Origin: an uncultured Anaerolineales bacterium | GTDB lineage: Bacteria > Chloroflexota > Anaerolineae > Anaerolineales > UBA4823 | DNA length: 55,552 bases | Reading direction: 5' to 3' | NCBI GenBank assembly: GCA_903872065.1 | Contig: CAIQJJ010000419.1 | Coordinates: 1-55,552, forward strand | Shown: positions 42,467 to 51,140 of the stretch, one piece after another | How the letters are laid out: each line of letters opens with the position of its first letter | Position numbering within the stretch: the first letter of the stretch is position 1 | Program-made: the position numbers and the translations under genes | Notes under the pieces: generated by a model | What the model saw: the letters and a program-made list of their open reading frames with translations, nothing else | The model's database searches: none | Told to the model about the DNA's origin: nothing

Positions 42467-44305
42467 ATGAAACGCAACACCCTGTTTAGCCTGATTTCCA
42501 TGGTAGTGATTTTCGTAATGTTGGCTGGCTGCGGCGCTCCCGCGGCTGCCCCGACCGCTACGGCCGAGATCATCAACCCCCCCGTCATCAAAGACACTGA
42601 AGCGGTTAAACCTACCGCGACCACCGCCCCGACTGCCGAACCCACCAAAGAACAGGCAGCCGCTCCGGCTGAACCGCAAACCTTCACGGTCAACGGCGTT
42701 ACCATGCCCTTTGGCCGCAACGAAGTTGTGATCAACGACCAGGTTAACTTCTCGGTCTTCGACAGCTTCAACCCGTTCATCCCCAATGGCGTCGAATTCG
42801 CCGCTGGTTGGTGGCAGATCTCTGCGGAGTACCTGTGGTACGTGAACTACGCGACCGGCGAGATCGTCCCCTGGCTGGCCGAGGGCTTTGACTACAGCGA
42901 AGATTACAAGACCCTGACCATTCATATTCGCAAGGGCGTAACCTGGAATGACGGCGTGCCTTTCACCGCCAATGATGTCGCCTTCACCATGAATATGCTG
43001 AAGAACGATACGACCCTTTCTGGGCCAGGCGATACTCAGTATTGGGATGAAGTCACTGCAACCGATGATTACACCGTCGTCTTCAAGATGAGCGAGTCTC
43101 GCCCACGCCAGCACCAGCTCTTCTATGTGAAGATCTGCACGGGCCAGATCATCATGCCGAAACACATTTGGGAAAATCAGGATCCCAAGACCTTCAAGAA
43201 CTTCCCGCCTGTCACCACCGGCCCTTACATGCTGGACAAGACTTACCCCGATCAGAAGATCTTCGTGTGGAAGCGCAACGACAATTATTGGAACAAGGAC
43301 AACATGCCCAAGGCGAAGTACGTGATCTATCGTACTGGCCCCGGCGCCGATCAGCAGTTGGCTGAGATTCAGTCCAACAATATGGACATCTTCGGCATGG
43401 ATTACACCACCTATGTCGAGAAAAAAGCTGAAATCCCGCAGATCAACCTGATCGCCTACGTTGACCCCTGCCCGCGCGGTGCATTCTTCAATACCGCCAA
43501 GGCGCCCTTCGACAAGGCCGAGTTCCGCCGCGCCATGTCCATGCTGATGAACCGCCCGAAGTGGGCTGAGAACATCTGGGTGCCGCAATCCAAACCGGCT
43601 GTGGCGCCTTGGGCTGACTATCGCAACCTGGATAAGTTCATTAACCAGGAAGCCAATGACAAGTGGGGCACCCTCCAATATAATCCTGAGAAAGCCAAGC
43701 AAATGTTGGCTGACCTGGGGTATAAGGACGATGGCGGCAAACTGGTTGGCCCCGATGGCAATCAGGTCAAATTTGAGGTTGGCACCCCCGTCGGCGTCGG
43801 CGGTTGGGAATATTCCATGGCCCAGGACTGGATTGAAGACCTGAAGGCGATTGGCATTGACGCCACGCTGCAGAACTTCGAAGGCCCAGTTTGGTGGGGC
43901 AAAGTGGACACCGGCGATTTCGACGCTGGCTTCTGGTGGATGTGCGGTGCGACGATTGACCCGCTCGAACTCTACAGCGGCTTCACCAGCGACCTGGTCG
44001 TCCCCATCGGCGAGACCGCGACCCGCGGCAACGCGATGCGCTTGCAGGACCCCGAACTGGATGAGGTCGTCAAGAAACTGTCGGCCATCAACCCCGAAGA
44101 CCCGGATGCCCTGCCGCTCTACATGCAGGCTTACGACATCTTCATGCGCGATGCGCCCGGCGTGCCTCTGATCCAGACCTATTACACCACCTACTCGAAC
44201 ACCACGTACTGGAACAACATGCTTTCCAACCAGAACCTGTACACGGTGCCGTTCAACTGGTGGGCGCAGATCACCTTCGTCCTGCTCAACATTGCCCCCA
44301 AATAA
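42467..44305 (+). CDS. ABC transporter substrate-binding lipoprotein, family 5
   Basis: MKRNTLFSLISMVVIFVMLAGCGAP (lipobox LAGC), a Pro/Ala/Thr linker, then a family-5 SBP body. GGAGGA SD upstream of ATG 42467; the track start at 42422 is an unsupported extension. Confidence 0.9.
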   Translation: MKRNTLFSLISMVVIFVMLAGCGAPAAAPTATAEIINPPVIKDTEAVKPTATTAPTAEPTKEQAAAPAEPQTFTVNGVTMPFGRNEVVINDQVNFSVFDSFNPFIPNGVEFAAGWWQISAEYLWYVNYATGEIVPWLAEGFDYSEDYKTLTIHIRKGVTWNDGVPFTANDVAFTMNMLKNDTTLSGPGDTQYWDEVTATDDYTVVFKMSESRPRQHQLFYVKICTGQIIMPKHIWENQDPKTFKNFPPVTTGPYMLDKTYPDQKIFVWKRNDNYWNKDNMPKAKYVIYRTGPGADQQLAEIQSNNMDIFGMDYTTYVEKKAEIPQINLIAYVDPCPRGAFFNTAKAPFDKAEFRRAMSMLMNRPKWAENIWVPQSKPAVAPWADYRNLDKFINQEANDKWGTLQYNPEKAKQMLADLGYKDDGGKLVGPDGNQVKFEVGTPVGVGGWEYSMAQDWIEDLKAIGIDATLQNFEGPVWWGKVDTGDFDAGFWWMCGATIDPLELYSGFTSDLVVPIGETATRGNAMRLQDPELDEVVKKLSAINPEDPDALPLYMQAYDIFMRDAPGVPLIQTYYTTYSNTTYWNNMLSNQNLYTVPFNWWAQITFVLLNIAPK

Positions 44306-44353
44306 GGCCTCTTGAGCTTCTCGAAAGATTGATCATCATTTTTCTGTAAAGCA

Positions 44354-44387
44354 GCGAGTCCGCGTTTCTCTCGGAGCGCGGACTCGC
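44354..44387 (+). terminator. 11-bp GC-rich hairpin between the SBP and permease genes
   Basis: GCGAGTCCGCG (12-nt loop) CGCGGACTCGC followed by TCGATT. There is no strong U tract, so it is more likely an attenuator or RNA-stability element than a full terminator. Confidence 0.35.
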
Positions 44388-44445
44388 TCGATTACCAAAG
44401 CGATACAACACTGACCGGTTTTGCGACTTAAGACTAGAGGTAGGC

Positions 44446-45471
44446 ATGTTCAAAAGACATCCGCTTTTGAAATATTATCTAAAGAAAATTGTCACCTACA
44501 TCGTCACCATCTGGGGCGCATTTACAATTGCCTTTTTCTTGTTTCGTCTCATGCCCAGCAATCCGATTGACGCCTGGGTGAAATCCTTGGAACGGCAGTA
44601 TTCGGTCAAAATTGACCGCGGCAGCGAACTGGTTGACTATTACAAAGAGCAGTTCGGTTTAAATGGGACGCTCTGGGAACAATACGTACGCTACCTGTAC
44701 AATACCTTTGTCAAGTTCGATCTCGGCCCTTCCTTCATTAACTTCCCTACGCCGGTGCAGGAATTGCTGCTCGCACGTTTACCGTGGACGTTGGCGCTGA
44801 TGGGCATTTCCATTTTAATTGCCTGGGTCTTGGGTTTGTTGATCGGCGCCGCGGCAGCCTGGTTTCGCACTTCGCCAGTCAGCGGCTGGCTGACGAATAT
44901 CTCGATTGTCTTATCGCAGATTCCTCCTTATCTGATCGCCATTTTCCTGGTGCTTTTCCTGGGTTATACCTTAAAGCTCTTTCCAACCCGCGGCGCCTGG
45001 GATGCCCAATACCCGGTCGGCTTGAACTGGAACTTCATTCAAAGCGTGCTTTGGCACAGCATCCTGCCCGCCTCCGCCATTATCATCACCTCATTGGCCG
45101 GCTGGATTCTTTCCACACGCTCGCTGATCGTCACCATCTTGGGTGAAGATTATTTGATGTACGCCGAGGCGAAAGGGCTCTCTCCCTGGGAAATCATGAC
45201 GCGCTACGCGCTGCGGAACGCCCTCCTGCCCCAGACCATGGGCCTGGCCCTGACGATGGGCTTTATGATGAGCGGGCAATTGCTGATCGAAATGCTGTTT
45301 GTCTACCCGGGGCTGGGCGAATTGATGTCGCGCGGCATCCAGGTCTTTGATTACAACACGATGATGGGGATCATCATTCTCTCCATCTTCAGCGTGATGA
45401 CAGCCAGCTTGATTGTCGAATTAACGCTGCCGGTCATTGACCCGCGTATTCGCAAGGAAATCATGTCATAG
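44446..45471 (+). CDS. ABC transporter permease (OppB/DppB-like)
   Basis: Multi-TM protein with an EDYLMYAEAKGLS EAA loop. Paralogous to 11856-12923. Confidence 0.9.
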   Translation: MFKRHPLLKYYLKKIVTYIVTIWGAFTIAFFLFRLMPSNPIDAWVKSLERQYSVKIDRGSELVDYYKEQFGLNGTLWEQYVRYLYNTFVKFDLGPSFINFPTPVQELLLARLPWTLALMGISILIAWVLGLLIGAAAAWFRTSPVSGWLTNISIVLSQIPPYLIAIFLVLFLGYTLKLFPTRGAWDAQYPVGLNWNFIQSVLWHSILPASAIIITSLAGWILSTRSLIVTILGEDYLMYAEAKGLSPWEIMTRYALRNALLPQTMGLALTMGFMMSGQLLIEMLFVYPGLGELMSRGIQVFDYNTMMGIIILSIFSVMTASLIVELTLPVIDPRIRKEIMS

Positions 45472-45481
45472 GAGGAACACC

Positions 45482-46348
45482 ATGAGATTCTTACTGAGTT
45501 GCTGGCGCACCAATAGCAAATTTCGCGTGGGTATCATTATTTTGGCAGTGTTGATCTTCATTGCCCTGATTGGCCCCATCATTTATACCCCCTTGCTCAA
45601 AGGCAACAGCCCCGCTCGCCCAGGCTCATTTGCACGCTGGATGCCCCCCTCGTTGGAGCATCCTATGGGCACTGAGGGCCTCGGTCGCGATCTGCTGGCC
45701 GATTACCTGGCCGGCCTGGGCACTTCGCTGACAATCGGCTTCATTTCCGGCGCCCTGGCTACCTTCTTAGGAATCACCGTCGGCTTTTTCACCGGTTACA
45801 AAGGCGGCTGGGTGGATGCCATCTTGACGGCGATTGCCAATATGTGGATGGTGATCCCGGCCTACCCGGTTTTGGTAGCCCTGGCGATGGTCATGCCCAC
45901 GATTAACATTTACACCATGTCCATCGTCCTGGCGTTGTTTAGCTGGCCCTATTCCGCGCGCACCATTCACGCTCAGATCGTCGGCATGAAGCAGCTCTCC
46001 TATGTTGAAATGGCTAAAGTATCCGGCCAGGGAGACATGGCGATTATCTTCACCGAGATCTTCCCCAACCTGATCCCCTATCTGTTCATGGGCTTTGCTT
46101 TTAGCACGGTGGGCGCCATGGTCAGCGAGGTGGGCCTGGAGGCGATTGGCCTGGGCCCGGCCAATATTGTCACCCTGGGCCTGATGATCAACTACGCCAA
46201 CCAGTGGACCGCTTACAGTCGTGGCCTTTATCATTTGCTGCTGATCCCGGTGGGGTTATTGGTTTTGATCTTTATGTCCATCACCCTGATCAACCGTGGG
46301 ATGGAAGAGCATGTGAACCCTCGCCTGCAAACGAAGACGGAGAAATAA
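45482..46348 (+). CDS. ABC transporter permease (OppC/DppC-like)
   Basis: Start at MRFLLSCW (ATG 45482) with GGAGGA 5 nt upstream. Multi-TM. Confidence 0.9.
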   Translation: MRFLLSCWRTNSKFRVGIIILAVLIFIALIGPIIYTPLLKGNSPARPGSFARWMPPSLEHPMGTEGLGRDLLADYLAGLGTSLTIGFISGALATFLGITVGFFTGYKGGWVDAILTAIANMWMVIPAYPVLVALAMVMPTINIYTMSIVLALFSWPYSARTIHAQIVGMKQLSYVEMAKVSGQGDMAIIFTEIFPNLIPYLFMGFAFSTVGAMVSEVGLEAIGLGPANIVTLGLMINYANQWTAYSRGLYHLLLIPVGLLVLIFMSITLINRGMEEHVNPRLQTKTEK

Positions 46349-46351
46349 GCC

Positions 46352-47350
46352 ATGGCAGAGCAGAACCTTAAAACGCTTCTTACCCTCAAGAACCTCAATA
46401 TCTGGTATGCCACCGAAAGAGGCGAATCGAAAGCGGTCAATGGCCTGGATTTGGAAATCTTGCGCGGCGAAATCTTCGGCCTGGCGGGCGAGTCGGGCTG
46501 CGGGAAATCCACCCTGATTACCGGCGTGATGCGGCTGACCAAGCTGCCCGCTCATGTTCAAAGCGGCGAGGCGATTTTCCATGCCAGCCGCGAGAACGGT
46601 CAAGAGCAGGTGGTAGATTTGTTGAAGCTGGACCCCGGGGCCATGCGGCCCTACCGCTGGCGCAACATTTCCTATATTCCCCAAAGCGCCATGAACGTGT
46701 TGAACCCGGTGCTGAAGGTGGAAGATCAAATCGCGGACGTGATCCGCGCCCACAGTTCTATGTCGAAGAAAGAAGCTCAGGCGCGCATTGGCGACTGCCT
46801 GGAGATGGTGGGATTGAGCAAGAAGGTGGCGCTCATGTACGCCCACGAGTTAAGCGGCGGGATGAAGCAGCGTGTGACGATTGCAGCGGCGATTGTGTTG
46901 AAGCCAGACCTGTTGATCGCCGATGAACCGACGACCGCTCTGGATGTCAATGTACAGCGCGTGATCTTGCAAGAACTGACCGACATTCGCGAAAGGCTTG
47001 GCCTGACCATTTTGTACGTGACGCACGATATGGCGGTGCATGCTCAACTTTCCGACCGCGTAGGCATCATGTACGCGGGGGGGATTATGGAAGTCGGCAA
47101 GACTTCGGATGTTTTGAGCGAGCCGCTCCATCCTTACAGCCAGGCCTTGGTAGAAGCCATCCCCGATATTGGCGGGGAGCGCCGGCGCATTGAAGGTCTG
47201 CCGGGCGCTGTGCCAAGCCCATTGAACTGGCCGCCCGGCTGCGCTTTTCACCCACGCTGCAAGCGTATGCTGCCGATCTGTCAAGAGAAACGCCCCGATC
47301 TGCGTGAGCTTAAGCCCGGTAGATTGGTCGCCTGTCATTTGTACCAGTAA
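46352..47350 (+). CDS. ABC transporter ATP-binding protein (OppD-like)
   Basis: GESGCGKST, LSGGMKQR, LIADEPTTALD, and PGCAFHPRC. Confidence 0.9.
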   Translation: MAEQNLKTLLTLKNLNIWYATERGESKAVNGLDLEILRGEIFGLAGESGCGKSTLITGVMRLTKLPAHVQSGEAIFHASRENGQEQVVDLLKLDPGAMRPYRWRNISYIPQSAMNVLNPVLKVEDQIADVIRAHSSMSKKEAQARIGDCLEMVGLSKKVALMYAHELSGGMKQRVTIAAAIVLKPDLLIADEPTTALDVNVQRVILQELTDIRERLGLTILYVTHDMAVHAQLSDRVGIMYAGGIMEVGKTSDVLSEPLHPYSQALVEAIPDIGGERRRIEGLPGAVPSPLNWPPGCAFHPRCKRMLPICQEKRPDLRELKPGRLVACHLYQ

Positions 47351-47352
47351 CG

Positions 47353-48366
47353 GTGAATGCTATGAGTAACCAACCTATCTTGCAAGCACTCAATCTGACC
47401 AAAGAATTTGTCGTCCCGGGCGAGGGCCTGCGGCGGCACCATATCGCAGCCGTAGACCAGGTCTCCATGGAAATGTATGAGAAGCCCACCATCATTTCGT
47501 TGGTGGGAGAAAGCGGCAGCGGCAAAACGACCTTTTCGCGCATGTTATTGGGATTGACGCCCCCTACCGATGGAAAAGTCTTTTACATGGGAAAGGATCT
47601 CTTCCAGCAAAAGCGCGGCGAGAGGCTGGATTTCTATCGCAAAGTGCAGCCGGTTTTCCAGGACCCGTACGGCATTTACAACCCCTTCTATAAGATCGAG
47701 CGTGTGCTGCAACTGGCGATCAAAAACTTTAACTTGACCACCAACCAGGATGAGGCGCAAACGATGATCGAGGAGGCGCTGCGGGCGGTGGATTTGCGCC
47801 CGGCGGATGTGATCGGGCGTTACCCGCACCAACTGAGCGGCGGGCAGAATCAGCGTGTGATGTTGGCGCGCATTTACCTGCTCAAGCCGAAGATCATCAT
47901 CGCCGATGAACCGGTCTCGATGATTGATGTCGCCATCCGCACTCTTTTCCTGAACATTCTGATTGATTTCCGCGACAAGTTCGATATTTCTTGCCTGTTC
48001 ATCACGCACAACCTGTCCACCGCCTATTATGTGGGCGGACAAATGATGGTGTTGTGCTTTGGGCGGGCGGTGGAAACCGGCGTCATTGACCAGGTCATCC
48101 AGAAACCCTATCATCCCTATACGCAGCAGTTGTTGCAATCGATCCCCTCGGCTGACCCGCGCAAGCGTTGGACTGAGCGCGTCAACCTGGAATATGTTGA
48201 ACGCCCCTTGACGCACGATCGCGACAAATGCTCTTACGTCGCCCGCTGTCCCAAAGCCATGCCGGTCTGCTCACAGCAGCGCCCGCCGGAGTACGAGGTC
48301 GAGCCAGGGCATTACGCCACCTGTTTCCTCTACCAGGATCGCCCGGTGCATCAAATTTCCGCATAG
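47353..48366 (+). CDS. ABC transporter ATP-binding protein (OppF-like)
   Basis: GESGSGKTT, LSGGQNQR, and IIADEPVS. GTG at 47353 or ATG at 47362. Confidence 0.9.
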   Translation: MNAMSNQPILQALNLTKEFVVPGEGLRRHHIAAVDQVSMEMYEKPTIISLVGESGSGKTTFSRMLLGLTPPTDGKVFYMGKDLFQQKRGERLDFYRKVQPVFQDPYGIYNPFYKIERVLQLAIKNFNLTTNQDEAQTMIEEALRAVDLRPADVIGRYPHQLSGGQNQRVMLARIYLLKPKIIIADEPVSMIDVAIRTLFLNILIDFRDKFDISCLFITHNLSTAYYVGGQMMVLCFGRAVETGVIDQVIQKPYHPYTQQLLQSIPSADPRKRWTERVNLEYVERPLTHDRDKCSYVARCPKAMPVCSQQRPPEYEVEPGHYATCFLYQDRPVHQISA

Positions 48367-48525
48367 TTTTTCCTGCCCTGCTCCTCTCGCCAGTTTCATC
48401 CAATTCGGGAGGAGCAGGCTTAATTTGGCTGGGGGAAAGCAGAGTTTATTCGTACAACTCATCGGTATCGTTTTGGCCGGCCCACCGGTCAAAGTTTGAT
48501 TTTCTGAAAGGAGCTTCGTAGTAAT

Positions 48526-49578
48526 ATGAGAACAGTCAAAATAGGTCTAATTGGCGCGGGAGGGATCGCCCAGGTTCACCTGCGCGCCATCAAGGCGGTC
48601 AAGGGAATTGAGATCGTGGCGGTGTGTGATGTGATGCGCGAGCGGGCGGAAAAAGCCGCCGCCGAGTATGGCATCCCGCACGTGTTCACCGATTACAAAG
48701 ACCTGCTGGCGATGGATGAGATTGAAGCCGTCAACATCACCACCTTCAACCAGGCCCACCGCGCCCCGACCGTAGATGCGCTTCAAGCTGGCAAGCATGT
48801 GTTGGTTGAGAAGCCCATGGCCGCCACACTCGAAGACGCCACGGCGATGACCGCCGCCGCTCATAAAACCGACAAGATCTTGATGGTCGCGCTGAAGACG
48901 CGTTACAGCCCGCACATGATTACGGCGCGGCGCATCGCGGAATCGGGCGCGCTGGGCGATATTTATTATGCCGAGTCGGTGGCCTGCCGGCGCAATGGCA
49001 TCCCCGGCGGCAGCTTTGCCAAGAAAGAAACGGCCGGCATTGGTACGGTGGCGGATATTGGCGTGTACAGCCTGGACGCCTCGCTGTACGTGATGGGCCA
49101 CCCCAAGCCGATCGCCGTTTCTGGCATCGCCAACAACCTGCTTGGGACGAAATACTGCGAGCCGGTGCTGGGTTCCTGGAACTGGAATCCGAAGGAACTG
49201 ACGGTGGAAGATTTCGGGGCTGGCAGTGTGCGCTTTGAAGATGGCCGCTTAATGGTCTTCAAAACTTCGTGGATCATGCACATGGATTCGCTCGGTGAGA
49301 CGCTGTTCCTGGGCACCAAGGCTGGCATGAAGCTGAATCCGCTGACCATTTTCACCAACCAATGGGGCACGATGAACGACATCAAGCCCCACATCCCTGT
49401 CCTCGAAGATATTGAACTTTTCAAATCTGAAAACCTGGCCTTTGCCGACGCCATTCGGGAGGGCAAGCCCTCGCCCATTCCAGCCGATCAAATGCTGTTG
49501 ACCAATGTCATCATCCAGGGTTTGATCGATTCAGCCGCCGCCAACCGCGAAGTCGCAGTCAGCGTGCCAGAGTTTTAA
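48526..49578 (+). CDS. Gfo/Idh/MocA family oxidoreductase
   Basis: KIGLIGAGGIAQVHLRAIK...VAVCDV and the VLVEKPMA motif. AAAGGAG SD. Confidence 0.85.
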   Translation: MRTVKIGLIGAGGIAQVHLRAIKAVKGIEIVAVCDVMRERAEKAAAEYGIPHVFTDYKDLLAMDEIEAVNITTFNQAHRAPTVDALQAGKHVLVEKPMAATLEDATAMTAAAHKTDKILMVALKTRYSPHMITARRIAESGALGDIYYAESVACRRNGIPGGSFAKKETAGIGTVADIGVYSLDASLYVMGHPKPIAVSGIANNLLGTKYCEPVLGSWNWNPKELTVEDFGAGSVRFEDGRLMVFKTSWIMHMDSLGETLFLGTKAGMKLNPLTIFTNQWGTMNDIKPHIPVLEDIELFKSENLAFADAIREGKPSPIPADQMLLTNVIIQGLIDSAAANREVAVSVPEF

Positions 49579-50105
49579 TGCCATCCTTCGCCAGGCGCGC
49601 TGAGCCTGTCGAAGCGTGGCTTGTCGAAGCGTGGCTTGTCGAAGCGCTGTCGAAGCGCTTCTTTGACAGTTCATCCGAAGCCAGATTATGGATCGCGGAT
49701 CAGCCGTCCTCGAATAGAACCCGAATACTCGAATAAGAAGCGTCCCGTCGCCGCGCCTCTCCCGCGGACGAGGCGCGGCGAATCGAAGTCCCTCATTCGT
49801 GTATTCGAGTCTCTTATTCGAGGATGGCTCTCCTTCGACAATCCTTCGACAAGCTCAGGATGCCTGACCCCTCAGCAGGCGCGCTGAGCCTGTCGAAGCG
49901 CTGTCGAAGCGTGACTTGTTCAAGCGTTATCCTTCGACAAGCTCAGGATGCCTGACCTTTCGCCAGGCGCGCTGAGCCTGTCGAAGCGCTACCGGAGCGT
50001 AACGTTCAAGCGTTATCCTTCGACAAGCTCAGGATGCCTGTCCCCTCGACAGGCGCGCTGAGCCTGCCGAAGCGTGACTTTTCAAAGCGTGACTTATTCA
50101 AGCAC
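49579..50105. repeat. 527-nt intergenic repeat block: partial REP unit with GCTTGTCGAAGCGTG tandem repeats, a nested inverted-repeat element, then three 87-nt tandem composite REP units
   Basis: Units start at 49841, 49928 and 50015 (exact 87-nt period). Each reads ATCCTTCGACAAGCTCAGGATGCCTG...CAGGCGCGCTGAGCCTGYCGAAGCG.... The central element spans 49708-49823 and has a 12-bp perfect GC hairpin at 49748-49781. Confidence 0.85.
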
Positions 50106-50129
50106 TACCATCTTATCTAGGAGATTATT

Positions 50130-51128
50130 ATGTTACGAATTGCAATGCTCAGTTTTGCTCATGTCCATGCGGATGGATACGCCAATCATGTCGTCAACCA
50201 TCCCGAAGCGCACCTGGAAATGATTTGGGAAGATGACGCCGGGCGGGCCAAAGCCGCCTCGGAAAAATTCCACACGCCAGTTTCGAACAACCTGGAAGAA
50301 GTGTTAAGCAACCCGGCGGTGGACGCAGTGGTCATCAACGCCTACACCTCCCAGCACCGCGATTTGATGCTGGCCGCTGTCCGCCACCAGAAGCACATCT
50401 TCACCGAAAAGGCGCTGACGATCAGCGGGCAGGAAGCCAATGAAGTGGTGGATGCGGTCAACCAGAGCGGGATCAAGTTTATGATTTCGCTGCCCAGCCG
50501 CACACGCTCCGAAAACCTCTTCATGAAGCAGGTGCTTGATAAGGGATGGATCGGCAAAGTGACTTTGATGCGGGCGCGTGTGGCCCACATGGCCTCGCTC
50601 GATCACTGGTTCCACGACGGCAGCGCCTGGTTTGCCGAAGAAAAACTGGCCGGCGGCGGGGCGCTCTTCGACCTGGGCTGCCACACGGTGGATGTCATGC
50701 GCTGGTTCATGGGCGAGCCCAAGAGCGTCATTTCAAAGATTCAGCAGTTCTCCGACGCCTATCCGATTGACGACAACAGCGCCATCGTGGTCGAATTCAA
50801 GAACGGCGGACTAGGTATCCTGGACACCTCCTGGGTGCATCGCGCCGGGCCCAACCCGATTGAAATCTACGGTACCGACGGCTTTGTCGGGCGCGATTTC
50901 AACAATCAACTGATATTGACCAGCACCCAACTGCAGCCGGAAGGCGTCCAGGGCGTGATTCGTCCGACCAAACTGCCGGACGCCCTGCCCATGCCAATGG
51001 ATCAATGGATCAGCGCCATCCTGCACGGAACGCCCATGACCATTACGGTGGAAGACGGGCGCAACCTGACCCAACTTCTCGAGGCTGCATATCGTTCAGC
51101 CCGCGAGAAGCGCGAAGTGACCTTCTAA
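50130..51128 (+). CDS. Gfo/Idh/MocA family oxidoreductase
   Basis: LRIAMLSFAHVHADGYANH..., IFTEKALT, and a C-terminal alpha/beta domain. TAGGAGA SD. Confidence 0.85.
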   Translation: MLRIAMLSFAHVHADGYANHVVNHPEAHLEMIWEDDAGRAKAASEKFHTPVSNNLEEVLSNPAVDAVVINAYTSQHRDLMLAAVRHQKHIFTEKALTISGQEANEVVDAVNQSGIKFMISLPSRTRSENLFMKQVLDKGWIGKVTLMRARVAHMASLDHWFHDGSAWFAEEKLAGGGALFDLGCHTVDVMRWFMGEPKSVISKIQQFSDAYPIDDNSAIVVEFKNGGLGILDTSWVHRAGPNPIEIYGTDGFVGRDFNNQLILTSTQLQPEGVQGVIRPTKLPDALPMPMDQWISAILHGTPMTITVEDGRNLTQLLEAAYRSAREKREVTF

Positions 51129-51140
51129 GGAGATTGAAGC

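Noticed and set aside
49621-49887. Repeat-encoded ORFs (for example MSKRGLSKRCRS...; also 32498-32821, 35578-35799, 28046-28369 and 27812-28039).
   Set aside because: They are translations of REP-like DNA (SFDKLRMP / LSLSKRG-type peptides) in intergenic spacers or opposite real genes, and they lack an RBS.
49841-50105. Possible CRISPR array (regular 87-nt period); also considered for the 54-67-nt array at 28211-28370.
   Set aside because: The whole unit is repeated, including what would be the spacer. There are no unique spacers and no cas genes in the window. The core is the same dispersed REP element found singly elsewhere.
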